Shown here piece by piece: positions 11,342 to 21,198 of a stretch of 64,000 bases of DNA. This DNA is from Sphingobacteriia bacterium (GTDB lineage: Bacteria > Bacteroidota > Bacteroidia > Chitinophagales > Chitinophagaceae): the NCBI GenBank assembly GCA_031369485.1, contig JANMOT010000043.1, forward strand, positions 1,595 to 65,594. Direction: 5' to 3'. The notes below the pieces were generated by a model that was given only the letters and a program-made list of their open reading frames with translations, searched no databases and was not told the origin of the DNA. How positions within the stretch are numbered: the first letter of the stretch is position 1; every line of letters starts with the position of its first letter. Position numbers and translations under genes: made by a program.

Positions 11342-12175
11342 ATGATACCATCTAGAAGAAGTTTTTTAAGAAAAGGTATTTATACCAGTGTTGCCATTTT
11401 TGCAGGGGGACAATTATTGTCGCAACAGAATTGGATGGATTCGGGTGATGGTATTATTTCAAAACCAAATCTACTCAGATTTCTGGTTGCATCAGATGGA
11501 CATTATGGTCAAGTTGGCACCAATTACCAACAAAACCTAGATGAGTTGATTGCCCATATAAAACGAGAGCATGCAATAGAGCCGCTCGATTGCTGTATTA
11601 TTAATGGGGATTTGGTACACGATGAAAAAAAATATATGCCTATTGTAAAGCAGCATTTAGACCAGTTACCAGTGCCATATTATGTAACCCAAGGCAATCA
11701 CGACCAAGTGAGTCCCGAAGAGTGGAAAACTATTTGGGGAACGCCCGTGAATCATACAGCGGTAATTCGCAACCAAGTTTTATTGATGGCGACTACCTCC
11801 AATGAAAAGGGTGAATATATATGTGCTGACTTGGATTGGTTAAAAACTGAATTGGATAAATATAAAAACCAGAGCGCCATTTATATATTCATTCATATTA
11901 CACCTGAAAAGTGGACGAGCTATGGAATTCAATGCGACCAGTTTCTACAATTGCTTACGGAATACAAAAACATTGTCGCTGTATTTAATGGACACGATCA
12001 TGACCAAGATCATTTTAAAATAAAAAATAATATTCCTTTTTTATTTGATGGACATTATGGAGGTAATTGGGGATTAGATTATCGTGGTTATCGAGTAGTG
12101 GCTTTTAAAGAGAACAGACAACTTCATACGTTTATGATGAATCCACACCTTAAATTGAATGAAGCTTATTTTTAG
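11342..12175 (+). CDS. Tat-signal metallophosphoesterase
   Basis: Twin-arginine motif SRRSFLRKG. Metallophosphoesterase motifs DGHYG, GDLVHD, GNHD, GHDHD. Confidence 0.8.
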   Translation: MIPSRRSFLRKGIYTSVAIFAGGQLLSQQNWMDSGDGIISKPNLLRFLVASDGHYGQVGTNYQQNLDELIAHIKREHAIEPLDCCIINGDLVHDEKKYMPIVKQHLDQLPVPYYVTQGNHDQVSPEEWKTIWGTPVNHTAVIRNQVLLMATTSNEKGEYICADLDWLKTELDKYKNQSAIYIFIHITPEKWTSYGIQCDQFLQLLTEYKNIVAVFNGHDHDQDHFKIKNNIPFLFDGHYGGNWGLDYRGYRVVAFKENRQLHTFMMNPHLKLNEAYF

Positions 12176-12242
12176 AAATAGACAGTACACTACTTAACAT
12201 AATATTAATTATAAGGTAAATAGTATATTAAAATTGACCATT

Positions 12243-12280
12243 CAAAAACTGCTGGTATAATTGCTACTATATACCAGCAG
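12243..12280 (-). terminator. intrinsic terminator downstream of serA (possibly bidirectional)
   Basis: Perfect 11-bp stem CTGCTGGTATA (12249-12259) / TATACCAGCAG (12270-12280) with a 10-nt loop. On the minus strand it is followed by TTTTTG. Lies 11 nt past the serA stop, between convergent genes. Confidence 0.6.
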
Positions 12281-12291
12281 TATAGGTTTGA

Positions 12292-13530
12292 TTAGTAAAG
12301 TATTCTAACCTTAATCGTTTCTTTTACGTCTCTCAATAATTCCAAAGCTTGCTTCGATAATTTCTTGTCAACATCCAGCACCACATAGCCAATTTCTTCA
12401 TTGGTCTTTAAATATTGCCCCAAAATATTGATATTGTTTTTAGACAATGCTGTATTTATTGCACTCAGCACACCTGGTACATTATGGTGTATATGTAAAA
12501 TTCTATGAGCGCCTTCAATGGGTGGCAAAGCAATGGCTGGAACTGTATGAGAACCATTTGTAATGCCTCGTTCTAAATATTGAAATAATTTTACGCTTAC
12601 ATCTTCCCCAATATTCTGTTGTGCTTCTTCGGTAGAGCCACCTATATGAGGTGTTAATAAAACATTAGATAAGCCTTGTAATGGGGTTTCAAAACGGTCG
12701 CCATTCTTTTCTGGCTCTACAGGAAATACATCAATAGCAGCTCCATTGAGTTGCTTTTCTGATAGTGCATTTGCCAATGCTTTTATATCAACTACTTCAC
12801 CACGTGCATAATTAATAAGAATGGCACCCTGTTTCATTTGTTTTATGGTGGCTTTATTCATCAGATTCTTAGTCTGCGCCGTTTCTGGTATATGCAAGGA
12901 AACGATATCAGCTTTACCCAATAACTCTTTCATATTTCGGGCAGAAACGGCATTGCCCAACGGAAGTTTGGTTTCGGTATCATAGAATATTACTTTCATT
13001 CCCAAAGCTTCAGCCAAAACACTTACCTGGGAGCCAATATTTCCATATCCAATTATTCCCAATGTTTTGCCCCTCAATTCATAACTGCCTTTGGCTTCTT
13101 TCATCCAAATACCTTGGTGTGCAGCCATATTTTTATCAACAATGCGACGAATCAACATCACACTCGCACCTATTACCAACTCTGCTACACTTCTGGTATT
13201 ACTGTATGGGGCATTAAAAACTACAATACCTTTTTGGGTGGCTGCTTTTAAATCAACCTGATTCACTCCAATGCAAAAACAACCAATTGCTTGTAATTTC
13301 AAAGCAGCATCCAGTACTTTTTTGGTGATTAATGTCTTGGAACGAATGCCAATAAGGTGTACATCCTTTATTTCTTTAATCAATTCTTCTTCACTCAATG
13401 CCCCACTCATTTTGCGCACATTAATATATCCATTTTGCTTGAAATGTTGTACTGCTTTGTCGCTTATATTTTCTAGAAAAAGAATATTGATCCGTTCTTT
13501 CGGATAACTGGTCATTACTTGCTTGCTCAT
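12292..13530 (-). CDS. serA: D-3-phosphoglycerate dehydrogenase (ACT-domain type)
   Basis: 412 aa. NAD-binding GIIGYGNIGSQV. 2-hydroxyacid dehydrogenase catalytic region (LLTPHIGGSTEEAQ). C-terminal ACT-like domain. Confidence 0.9.
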   Translation of the reverse strand: MSKQVMTSYPKERINILFLENISDKAVQHFKQNGYINVRKMSGALSEEELIKEIKDVHLIGIRSKTLITKKVLDAALKLQAIGCFCIGVNQVDLKAATQKGIVVFNAPYSNTRSVAELVIGASVMLIRRIVDKNMAAHQGIWMKEAKGSYELRGKTLGIIGYGNIGSQVSVLAEALGMKVIFYDTETKLPLGNAVSARNMKELLGKADIVSLHIPETAQTKNLMNKATIKQMKQGAILINYARGEVVDIKALANALSEKQLNGAAIDVFPVEPEKNGDRFETPLQGLSNVLLTPHIGGSTEEAQQNIGEDVSVKLFQYLERGITNGSHTVPAIALPPIEGAHRILHIHHNVPGVLSAINTALSKNNINILGQYLKTNEEIGYVVLDVDKKLSKQALELLRDVKETIKVRILY

Positions 13531-13654
13531 GGTTGCAATTTAATAATTTTTTGTATTAGAAGCTGTTTGAGTTCATTATTTGATTTGCCTCTACTATTTT
13601 TCTGATGCTATTGTGTTGATTTTTTACTTTTAAAAACATAGTTTTCCACCTAGG

Positions 13655-13685
13655 TTGGATGGAGTATGATCTAAGGGTATATTTG
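13655..13685 (+). promoter_or_regulatory. Bacteroidota-type promoter (-33 TTG, -7 TATATTTG)
   Basis: TATATTTG at 13678-13685 matches the TAnnTTTG consensus exactly. TTG at 13655-13657 gives a 20-nt spacer. The box lies inside the 5' extension of the track ORF, which supports the ATG at 13710. Confidence 0.4.
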
Positions 13686-13709
13686 CGTTTTTATCTGAGA
13701 AATATTTTA

Positions 13710-14924
13710 ATGTTGCGATTAATGATTATTCCAGTCTTGAGTCTTTTTTTACTGGCCTGTAGCGGCAATAGCCAATCTGTAGATACCGCTGTAATCAAAG
13801 CCCCTATTGTTTTTAACCAGTCGAGTGAAGTCGATAAAAATCATTACAAAGCAATCGTTCAACCCTTGTATGAGAAACAATTATTGCGGACTGGCTTTAA
13901 TGGAAGTATTCTGTTGGCAAAAAATGGGGAAATTATTTTTGAAGACTATCAAGGGCTTATTAATTTCAAAACAAAAGCGCCCATCACCTCCTCTTCTACT
14001 TTTCACTTGGCTTCTATTTCAAAGACTTTCACTGCAATGACCATCTTAAAATTAATGGAGCAAGGAAGGCTTAAATTAGACGACGACCTTACAAAATACC
14101 TGACCCATTTTCCATATTCCAATATCACCATCAAAAACTTATTATCGCATAGAACTGGGCTGCCCAAATACGATCTATTCATGTCTGCCAACCGTTCTTA
14201 TATTACCCGCATTAAGAATAGGCGTGGAAAATGGATTAAGCGCACGGTATATGTAAAAGATCCAATGAATATTACGGGACTAAGTACCAACCAAGACGTA
14301 CTTCGTTATTTGGTTGAAATTCGTCCCCCTGTTGAATCTATGCCCAATCGGAGATACAGTTATTGCAATACCAATTATGCTTTATTGGCTTTGGTAATTG
14401 AAAAAATTACTGGTCAATCTTATCCTAGGTATATGAAAGACAGTGTTTTTACGCCACTGGGCATGAAAGACACTTATGTTTTTAGCTTAAAAGACACTGC
14501 CAACTATATTCCATCTTATACCCCAGGTAAAATTCCTTTCGGGTTAGAAAAGTTGGATTGTATTTATGGTGATAAAAATATTTACAGCAACGTGCGCGAT
14601 TTGCTTCAATGGGATCGTGCCTTATACCAAGGAACTTATATCAGTAATACCACTCAATTTATGGCCTACCAACCACTGAGTAATGAAACAAAGGGGAAGA
14701 GAAATTATGGACTGGGATGGCATTTATACGTGGATTCTCCCAATCCTACCATTGTTTACCACAATGGATGGTGGCACGGCAATAACACTGTTTTTAGGCG
14801 ATTGATTGGAGATACTGCTACTGTTATTATATTAGGGAATAAATTCAACAGCAATATCTGGTCTGCAGGAAAACTAAGCTCAGTTTTTACGGGTACTAAC
14901 GATACAAAACTACTTGACGAATAA
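13710..14924 (+). CDS. serine hydrolase, beta-lactamase (class C-related) family lipoprotein
   Basis: From the ATG at 13710 the sequence reads MLRLMIIPVLSLFLLACSG (lipobox). SxxK motif (ASISKTFTA) and YxN-type motif (YCNTNY). Confidence 0.8.
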   Translation: MLRLMIIPVLSLFLLACSGNSQSVDTAVIKAPIVFNQSSEVDKNHYKAIVQPLYEKQLLRTGFNGSILLAKNGEIIFEDYQGLINFKTKAPITSSSTFHLASISKTFTAMTILKLMEQGRLKLDDDLTKYLTHFPYSNITIKNLLSHRTGLPKYDLFMSANRSYITRIKNRRGKWIKRTVYVKDPMNITGLSTNQDVLRYLVEIRPPVESMPNRRYSYCNTNYALLALVIEKITGQSYPRYMKDSVFTPLGMKDTYVFSLKDTANYIPSYTPGKIPFGLEKLDCIYGDKNIYSNVRDLLQWDRALYQGTYISNTTQFMAYQPLSNETKGKRNYGLGWHLYVDSPNPTIVYHNGWWHGNNTVFRRLIGDTATVIILGNKFNSNIWSAGKLSSVFTGTNDTKLLDE

Positions 14925-15016
14925 TAAATTAGCTTAGATTGCGTTTTAATCACACAAAGGGTTTTCTCCCTATTTTTGCCATCTAGAAATAAATAAACAT
15001 CTGACACATTTTGCTT

Positions 15017-17260
15017 ATGAACAATCTACTGTTTTATGCCGTTCCGGCGATGGGTATTGTAGGTTTACTCTACACCCTAATTAAGTTCAACTGGGTTTCC
15101 AAACAGGATGCCGGTAATGAAAGAATGAAAGAAATCAGCACTTATATTGCTGAAGGTGCAATGGCTTTCTTAAAAGCTGAGTGGAAAATACTCGGCTATT
15201 TTGTGGTTATTGTCGCCATTTTATTGGGCTTTATGGCCAATACCAATGAATCTAGCCACTGGAGTATTGCCATTGCTTTTGTAATTGGTGCTGTTTTCAG
15301 TGCTACTGCTGGTTACATCGGTATGAAAGTAGCTACCAAGGCAAACGTGCGTACTGCCCAAGCGGCCAAAATTAGTCTAGCCAAGGCTTTGAACGTTTCC
15401 TTTACGGGCGGTTCTGTAATGGGATTGGGCGTATCGGGTCTCGCTGTATTGGGTCTTGGTGGTTTATTTTTAATCATCAAACATTATTTTTCTCCCGACG
15501 GTGATGCGGAAGGAATGTTGCGTACCATTGAAGTGCTAACCGGATTTTCTCTGGGTGCTGAAAGCATTGCTTTATTTGCACGTGTAGGTGGTGGTATTTA
15601 TACAAAAGCTGCCGATGTAGGTGCCGATTTAGTTGGTAAAGTTGAAGCAGGTATCCCTGAAGATGATCCTCGTAACCCAGCTACTATTGCTGATAATGTA
15701 GGCGATAACGTAGGTGATGTAGCTGGTATGGGAGCTGATTTATTTGGTTCTTATGTGGCTACTGTATTGGCAACCATGGTATTGGGTCAAGAAGTAACGG
15801 GACCAAACGGTGCTAAACTGATAGATATGTTTGGCGGGTTATCTCCTATCCTTTTGCCTATGTTGATTGCAGGTATCGGTATTATACTATCCATAATTGG
15901 TACTTTGTTTGTAAGAATTAGCGACAATGCTGGTATGAATACCGCCACGGTTCAGCGGGCGCTGAATATGGGGAACTATGGCTCAATGGTTCTTACAGCT
16001 ATTGCCTGTTATTTTTTAGTGAATTGTATTCTGCCTGAAACCATGACTTTACGAGGTGCTGAATTTACCAGAAATGGAGTAATTGGAGCCATTGCAGTGG
16101 GATTGATTGTGGGCACTTTAATGAGTATTATTACTGAATATTATACTGCCATGGGTAAACGCCCAGTAATGAGTATTATTAGGCAATCCAGTACTGGTCA
16201 CGCTACCAATATTATTGGTGGATTGGCAGTGGGTATGGAAAGTACTTTTCTTCCTATTCTTGTTTTGGCAGCCGGAATTTACGGATCATTCTGGTGTGCT
16301 GGATTATATGGGGTAGCTATTGCTGCAGCAGGTATGATGGCCACTACAGCTATGCAATTGGCGATTGATGCTTTTGGACCTATTGCGGATAATGCGGGTG
16401 GGATTGCTGAAATGAGTGAGCTCCCTGCTGAAGTACGTGAAAAGACAGATATTTTAGATGCAGTAGGTAATACTACTGCTGCAAGTGGTAAAGGTTTTGC
16501 CATTGCTTCTGCTGCCTTAACTGCCTTGGCTTTGTTTGCAGCATTTGTGGGTATTGCAATGCCCGATAACCAGCATATTGATATTTATAAAGCCGATGTA
16601 TTGGCTGCTTTATTTGTTGGCGGAATGATTCCTTTCATCTTCTCTTCCCTGGCCATTAGGGCTGTGGGTGAAGCAGCTATGAGTATGGTGGAAGAAGTTC
16701 GTCGCCAGTTCAGAACCATCCCTGGTATTATGGAAGGTACTGGTAAACCAGAATACGATAAATGTGTAGCAATTTCTACAGAAGCTTCTTTAAAGAAAAT
16801 GATGTTGCCCGGCGCCATCACCATTATTTCTCCATTATTGATTGGTTTTTTAATGGGACCTGAAGCATTGGGTGGATTTCTTGCAGGTGCTACCGTAAGT
16901 GGTGTATTGATGGGTATTTTTCAGAACAACGCTGGTGGTGCTTGGGATAATGCCAAGAAATCATTTGAGAAAGGAGTAGAGATCAATGGTGAAATGTATT
17001 ACAAGAAATCAGAACCACATAAAGCTTCTGTAACTGGTGATACTGTGGGTGATCCTTTTAAAGATACATCTGGTCCTTCTATGAATATTTTAATTAAACT
17101 AATGTCTATTGTTTCATTGGTAATTGCTCCTACCCTTGCTACCATTCATAAAGCTAAAAGCGCGGAAAGTAAGATAGAGAAAAAAGTAGAAGTGAGTATC
17201 ATCAACAGCGGTAAAGACAGCAGCAAAATGGCGGTTTCTTATACTGCTTTTAAAAACTAA
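15017..17260 (+). CDS. hppA: membrane-bound pyrophosphate-energised pump (H+/Na+-PPase)
   Basis: Hallmark motifs [20 protein letters not shown] and DNVGDNVGD. About 16 TM segments. ATG at 15017 preferred to the TTG at 15011. A TATTTTTG -7-type box lies at 14971-14978. Confidence 0.93.
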   Translation: MNNLLFYAVPAMGIVGLLYTLIKFNWVSKQDAGNERMKEISTYIAEGAMAFLKAEWKILGYFVVIVAILLGFMANTNESSHWSIAIAFVIGAVFSATAGYIGMKVATKANVRTAQAAKISLAKALNVSFTGGSVMGLGVSGLAVLGLGGLFLIIKHYFSPDGDAEGMLRTIEVLTGFSLGAESIALFARVGGGIYTKAADVGADLVGKVEAGIPEDDPRNPATIADNVGDNVGDVAGMGADLFGSYVATVLATMVLGQEVTGPNGAKLIDMFGGLSPILLPMLIAGIGIILSIIGTLFVRISDNAGMNTATVQRALNMGNYGSMVLTAIACYFLVNCILPETMTLRGAEFTRNGVIGAIAVGLIVGTLMSIITEYYTAMGKRPVMSIIRQSSTGHATNIIGGLAVGMESTFLPILVLAAGIYGSFWCAGLYGVAIAAAGMMATTAMQLAIDAFGPIADNAGGIAEMSELPAEVREKTDILDAVGNTTAASGKGFAIASAALTALALFAAFVGIAMPDNQHIDIYKADVLAALFVGGMIPFIFSSLAIRAVGEAAMSMVEEVRRQFRTIPGIMEGTGKPEYDKCVAISTEASLKKMMLPGAITIISPLLIGFLMGPEALGGFLAGATVSGVLMGIFQNNAGGAWDNAKKSFEKGVEINGEMYYKKSEPHKASVTGDTVGDPFKDTSGPSMNILIKLMSIVSLVIAPTLATIHKAKSAESKIEKKVEVSIINSGKDSSKMAVSYTAFKN

Positions 17261-17272
17261 CTTTTTACTTAT

Positions 17273-17318
17273 TGCATAAAAAAAAACTCCTGATGAAAAT
17301 CGGGAGTTTTTTTATGCA
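17273..17318. terminator. bidirectional intrinsic terminator between hppA and the DUF3276 gene
   Basis: Long palindrome TGCATAAAAAAAAACTCC...GGAGTTTTTTTATGCA. The GC-containing core stem (CTCCTGA/TCGGGAG) is flanked by an A-run and a T-run, so it can terminate both convergent genes. Confidence 0.7.
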
Positions 17319-17337
17319 ATAAATCTTTAGCAATCAA

Positions 17338-17787
17338 TTACCACTTATCTACTTCTTCGGTAGCAGTATCGTTTACAATTGGTGTATCCGTTGTTTCAGC
17401 TATTACTGGTGTAGGTGTATGTATTGCTTCGGGTGTTTCTTCTATTATATCACTGGCTGCAACTTCAGCAACTACTGGCGTTAAGCGGGTATATGATTCG
17501 CCATTTTCACCTTCTGCTTCTGGGTATTCATGGTTAAAAGCATCAAAGTCAAAGTCGGGCATTAATTCTGTCTTCACATGATCAATTGCTTCACCAAGGG
17601 CTTTGATGAACTTATTAAAGTCCTCTTTATACAAAAAAATCTTGTGTCTATCGTAACCATTGTTATCAAAACGCTTTCTGCTTTCGGTGATGGTAAGATA
17701 GTAGTCATTACCACGTGTGGCTCTCACATCAAAAAAGTAAGTTCTTCTCTTTCCAGCTCGGATGCGTGTGCTGTAAACGCTGTCCAT
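17338..17787 (-). CDS. PUR-alpha-like DUF3276 nucleic-acid-binding protein
   Basis: STRIRAGKRRTYFFDVRATRGNDYYLTITESRKRF matches the DUF3276/Pur-alpha-like repeat as I recall it. Acidic Thr/Glu-rich tail. ATG at 17787 preferred, with an alternative GTG at 17814. Confidence 0.75.
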   Translation of the reverse strand: MDSVYSTRIRAGKRRTYFFDVRATRGNDYYLTITESRKRFDNNGYDRHKIFLYKEDFNKFIKALGEAIDHVKTELMPDFDFDAFNHEYPEAEGENGESYTRLTPVVAEVAASDIIEETPEAIHTPTPVIAETTDTPIVNDTATEEVDKW

Positions 17788-17850
17788 TTTCTTGTCGTTA
17801 TTCTCGTACTCCACAGTTAATTTATTTGGTTAACGGTTTGTTAATGATTA

Positions 17851-17880
17851 CAAATATAGGGATGTTTCGGAAATCGCAAA
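17851..17880 (-). promoter_or_regulatory. Bacteroidota-type promoter for the DUF3276 gene
   Basis: On the minus strand, TATATTTG (plus-strand CAAATATA, 17851-17858) and TTTG (plus-strand CAAA, 17877-17880) are separated by 18 nt. Confidence 0.45.
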
Positions 17881-17931
17881 ATAAAGCTATTGTATACAGA
17901 AATTGTTTAGCGGGTTTAAGGGTTGATCTGG

Positions 17932-19752
17932 TTATTTATCTTCCTGCGTTTGTAATTGGTAAAGTGTTGCATAGTAGCCATTTAATTGAAGGAGCGACTC
18001 ATGGGTACCTTGTTCAGCTATTTTTCCATCTTCAAGTACAATGATTTGATCGAATCGAAATCCTGAAAGAATTCTATGGGTAATTATCAGTGCAGTTTTT
18101 TGTTGTAAGTATTCGTATAAGTTACTAATAATGGTCTTTTCCGTTTTTGCATCAACGGCACTTAGGCAATCGTCGAAAATTACAATTTCAGGATTTTTAA
18201 TGAGAGAACGGGCAATGGAAATACGCTGTTTTTGTCCCCCACTCAATGTTACTCCACGCTCTCCTATTAGTGTTTCATAGCTTTTGTTGAAACCCAATAT
18301 TTCTTGGTGAATGCTGGCAAATATTGCTGCTTTTTGTACGGTCTCCATGCTGGTAGAAGGAGCTACACCAAAACGAATATTGTTGGCCACTGTATCACTA
18401 AAGAGGAATACATCTTGTTGAACATAGCTTATTTGGCTCCGCAGATGCTGTAAATTAAACTGGTTCAACGCTTTTCCACCAATAGTGATGCTCCCTTTAT
18501 CTGGTTCATAAAATCGCAGCAACAGTTGTGCAAGGGTAGATTTACCACTTCCTGTTTTGCCTAGTATAAGTATTTTTTCTCCTTTTTTAATGGCTAAATT
18601 CAATTGCTGTATGGCTTTGATACCAGTATTGGAATAAGTAAAACTCACGTTATTGAATAGAATTTCCCCACTCACTTTTTCAGAATCTGGGTTGTGGTTA
18701 TGGTTGCGAATATTGGGGACAGTTTCTAAAAATTCGTTCAATCGTTTCTGTGAAGCGGCTGCTCTTTGAATCATACTGGCCGTCCACCCAATTGCACTTA
18801 CAGGAAAAGTGAGCATATTTATATAGATCACAAATTCAACAATAGTGCCTACTTTGGAAGGATCTTCTAGGGCTTGCATGCCACCCATGAAAATGGTTAC
18901 TAGGGTACTGATTCCAATCATTAATGCCATACTTGGAAAATAAAATGCTTCTACTTTGGCCAAACCAATTGCCTGTTGCTTGTATGCTTCGCTGTTTTTT
19001 TCGAAGAAACCCAGCATGGCTTTTTCTTGAACAAAAGATTTAATTACACGAATACCTGAATAAGATTCTTGTGCATTGGTAGTAAGGTCAGAAAGATGCC
19101 CTTGAATGGCTTCACTTTTTTTGTTGATGATGCTATTTACCCAATAGATGGTAATGGCCAGCAGTGGCAATGGAGCTAATACGTAGAGGGTAAGTTGAAC
19201 ATCTTTTCTAAGCATATTAACAATGCAGAAACCAATTAGTGTGGTTAGATTAATGAGGTACATGATGGCGGGGCCGGTGTACATTCTAACGCGACTAACG
19301 TCTTCCGACATCCGGTTCATGAGGTCGCCCGTACTATGTGTTTTATAAAAACTACTATCCAGTTGCTGGTAATGTTGAAAAATCTGATTTTTCTGATCAA
19401 ACTCAATGTGGCGGCTCATTACAATAATGGTTTGCCGCATAAAAAATAGGAGAATACCTCTTATAATGGCAATAAATAAGATGGTCAAGCTACAGATAGC
19501 AACCAGCCAGCCAAAACTGAATTCAAAGCTGTTGATGAGGGATATAAATCCATTTACTACGGAATCGTGTGCATCGTATTTGGGGGATGCTTTAGTTCCA
19601 GGTAATTTTTGCTGTACAAGGTTAATTACATATCCAGTAATTTGAGGAGCCAGCACGGCAAAATAGTTGGAGGCGACCACAAAAAATATTCCGATAAAAA
19701 AACGCTTACGGTATTTCCAGAAAAAATGATTGAGGGATGCTAATTGTTTCAA
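17932..19752 (-). CDS. ABC exporter, fused permease/ATP-binding protein (MsbA-like)
   Basis: Six-TM N-terminal half. Walker A GKTGSGKST, signature LSGGQKQR, Walker B IVIFDD. A TATATTTG box on the minus strand (plus 19770-19777) lies 17 nt upstream of the start. Confidence 0.9.
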   Translation of the reverse strand: MKQLASLNHFFWKYRKRFFIGIFFVVASNYFAVLAPQITGYVINLVQQKLPGTKASPKYDAHDSVVNGFISLINSFEFSFGWLVAICSLTILFIAIIRGILLFFMRQTIIVMSRHIEFDQKNQIFQHYQQLDSSFYKTHSTGDLMNRMSEDVSRVRMYTGPAIMYLINLTTLIGFCIVNMLRKDVQLTLYVLAPLPLLAITIYWVNSIINKKSEAIQGHLSDLTTNAQESYSGIRVIKSFVQEKAMLGFFEKNSEAYKQQAIGLAKVEAFYFPSMALMIGISTLVTIFMGGMQALEDPSKVGTIVEFVIYINMLTFPVSAIGWTASMIQRAAASQKRLNEFLETVPNIRNHNHNPDSEKVSGEILFNNVSFTYSNTGIKAIQQLNLAIKKGEKILILGKTGSGKSTLAQLLLRFYEPDKGSITIGGKALNQFNLQHLRSQISYVQQDVFLFSDTVANNIRFGVAPSTSMETVQKAAIFASIHQEILGFNKSYETLIGERGVTLSGGQKQRISIARSLIKNPEIVIFDDCLSAVDAKTEKTIISNLYEYLQQKTALIITHRILSGFRFDQIIVLEDGKIAEQGTHESLLQLNGYYATLYQLQTQEDK

Positions 19753-19866
19753 ATCGATGGGTTGGGCAGCAAATATACAAGATAATATTCTTGGGCTATG
19801 CTTGCTTAAATAGGCTTATATTACCGCATTAAAAAAAATTACCAATGGCTAATATAAACCATATCT

Positions 19867-20181
19867 ATGCAAAATATTTTTTGGCAAGGATATTCTAATG
19901 AAGATAGGCATCATGCAATTCCTAAAATTCAGCGTATTATTTCAAAATTTGGAGATATTGTGGATATTACCATTTTTTCAGATATTTCACTAAGCATGAA
20001 AATTGATATAGAAGAATCTAAGATTCAAGTACTTTATGATGAATTAAAAACACTAATGGGGATGAATGCTTTTGAATGTCCAACCTCAAATTCAAAAAAA
20101 GAAAGAGTTATTTTTTTAAATACTACTTTTAATAAGGGGACAGGAAATTTAACAAATATAACACCTGCCTTTCCTGGCTAA
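19867..20181 (+). CDS. hypothetical small protein
   Basis: 104-aa ORF with an ATG start in an otherwise unoccupied interval. I recognise no motif. Confidence 0.4.
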   Translation: MQNIFWQGYSNEDRHHAIPKIQRIISKFGDIVDITIFSDISLSMKIDIEESKIQVLYDELKTLMGMNAFECPTSNSKKERVIFLNTTFNKGTGNLTNITPAFPG

Positions 20182-20238
20182 AAAAAATTGTCAATTGTAA
20201 TTTTTCCATCTGATGGGGCTATTCTTTGGGTTGATTTT

Positions 20239-20445
20239 TTATCCCTTTGAATATTCCAAAATATCAGCAGGCTGGCAGTCCAGTACTTTACAAATAGTAT
20301 CTAGCGTACTAAAACGAATGGCTTTTGCTTTGCCTGTTTTTAATATGGAAAGATTAGAGAGCGTGATTCCTACCCTTTCTGAAAGTTCGTTCAGCGACAT
20401 TTTTCTTCTTGCCATCATCACGTCTAAGTTTACAATTATGGGCAT
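20239..20445 (-). CDS. XRE-family HTH transcriptional regulator (YozG-like)
   Basis: MPIIVNLDVMMARRKMSLNELSERVGITLSNLSILKTGKAKAIRFSTL is the short YozG-type HTH. The start abuts the stop of the upstream DUF2975 gene. Confidence 0.85.
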   Translation of the reverse strand: MPIIVNLDVMMARRKMSLNELSERVGITLSNLSILKTGKAKAIRFSTLDTICKVLDCQPADILEYSKG

Positions 20446-20447
20446 AT

Positions 20448-21002
20448 TTATACAGTTAATTCGTGTTCAGATTGTATTTCAATTCCACTTTTAATTATTT
20501 GGGCTATTACAAAAAGCGATACACTCATAAAGAGCCAGATCTCTGCTCCTGCCAAATGTAAATTTTGTAGTGCAGGCATTTCTATACCTTTCTTCATAAT
20601 CCATTCAATATAGTTTGCTCCCCATAGTGTGAAGAAACTAATTCCTAAAGCTAAATATCCTAAATTAAGAATAAAGCGTCTTAGGTCAATACTAAAGGGC
20701 TTCGATAAATCTAGTTTTCTACTGTAAAGATATTTTACTATCACGTAAAATAGACAAGCTTTCAGAACAACCACAATATTGATAAGTGTGGTTGCTACAA
20801 AAAAATATCCTTGGTCAAATTGGTAGAGACTTGACAAATCCAAATGATTCCAAAAATATTTGGCACCAATTGGGTTCAATACCAATGTATAAAAACTATT
20901 GAATAAAAAGCCCCCGGCTTCAATACAAACACCAATGAAAATAATCCACGACAGCACGTTTAATATTTTCAAAATTTGTTGTGAGCTGATTTTGATTTGC
21001 AT
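20448..21002 (-). CDS. DUF2975-like membrane protein
   Basis: Four-TM protein starting MQIKISSQQILKILNVLSWIIFIG at the ATG at 21002. The longer track ORF (to 21164) would swallow its own promoter box. Confidence 0.7.
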   Translation of the reverse strand: MQIKISSQQILKILNVLSWIIFIGVCIEAGGFLFNSFYTLVLNPIGAKYFWNHLDLSSLYQFDQGYFFVATTLINIVVVLKACLFYVIVKYLYSRKLDLSKPFSIDLRRFILNLGYLALGISFFTLWGANYIEWIMKKGIEMPALQNLHLAGAEIWLFMSVSLFVIAQIIKSGIEIQSEHELTV

Positions 21003-21024
21003 AAATATAATTTTAAATATACAG

Positions 21025-21055
21025 CAAATATAAATAAATATTTGTTGATAAACAA
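21025..21055 (-). promoter_or_regulatory. Bacteroidota-type promoter for the DUF2975-HTH operon
   Basis: Minus-strand TATATTTG (plus CAAATATA, 21025-21032) lies 22 nt upstream of the ATG at 21002. Minus-strand TTG (plus CAA, 21053-21055) lies 20 nt further upstream. Confidence 0.45.
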
Positions 21056-21198
21056 TAAAAATTAATTCTCTATTGAAAACACTAACTTTTACAAAACTGG
21101 AAACCAGTTTAAAGCAATTAAAATGTAAAAAGTGGAAATTTCGGTTAGAAAGTAATAGGATCAATCATTCTTTCAACCAAACAGCTTATTTTCGGTTT

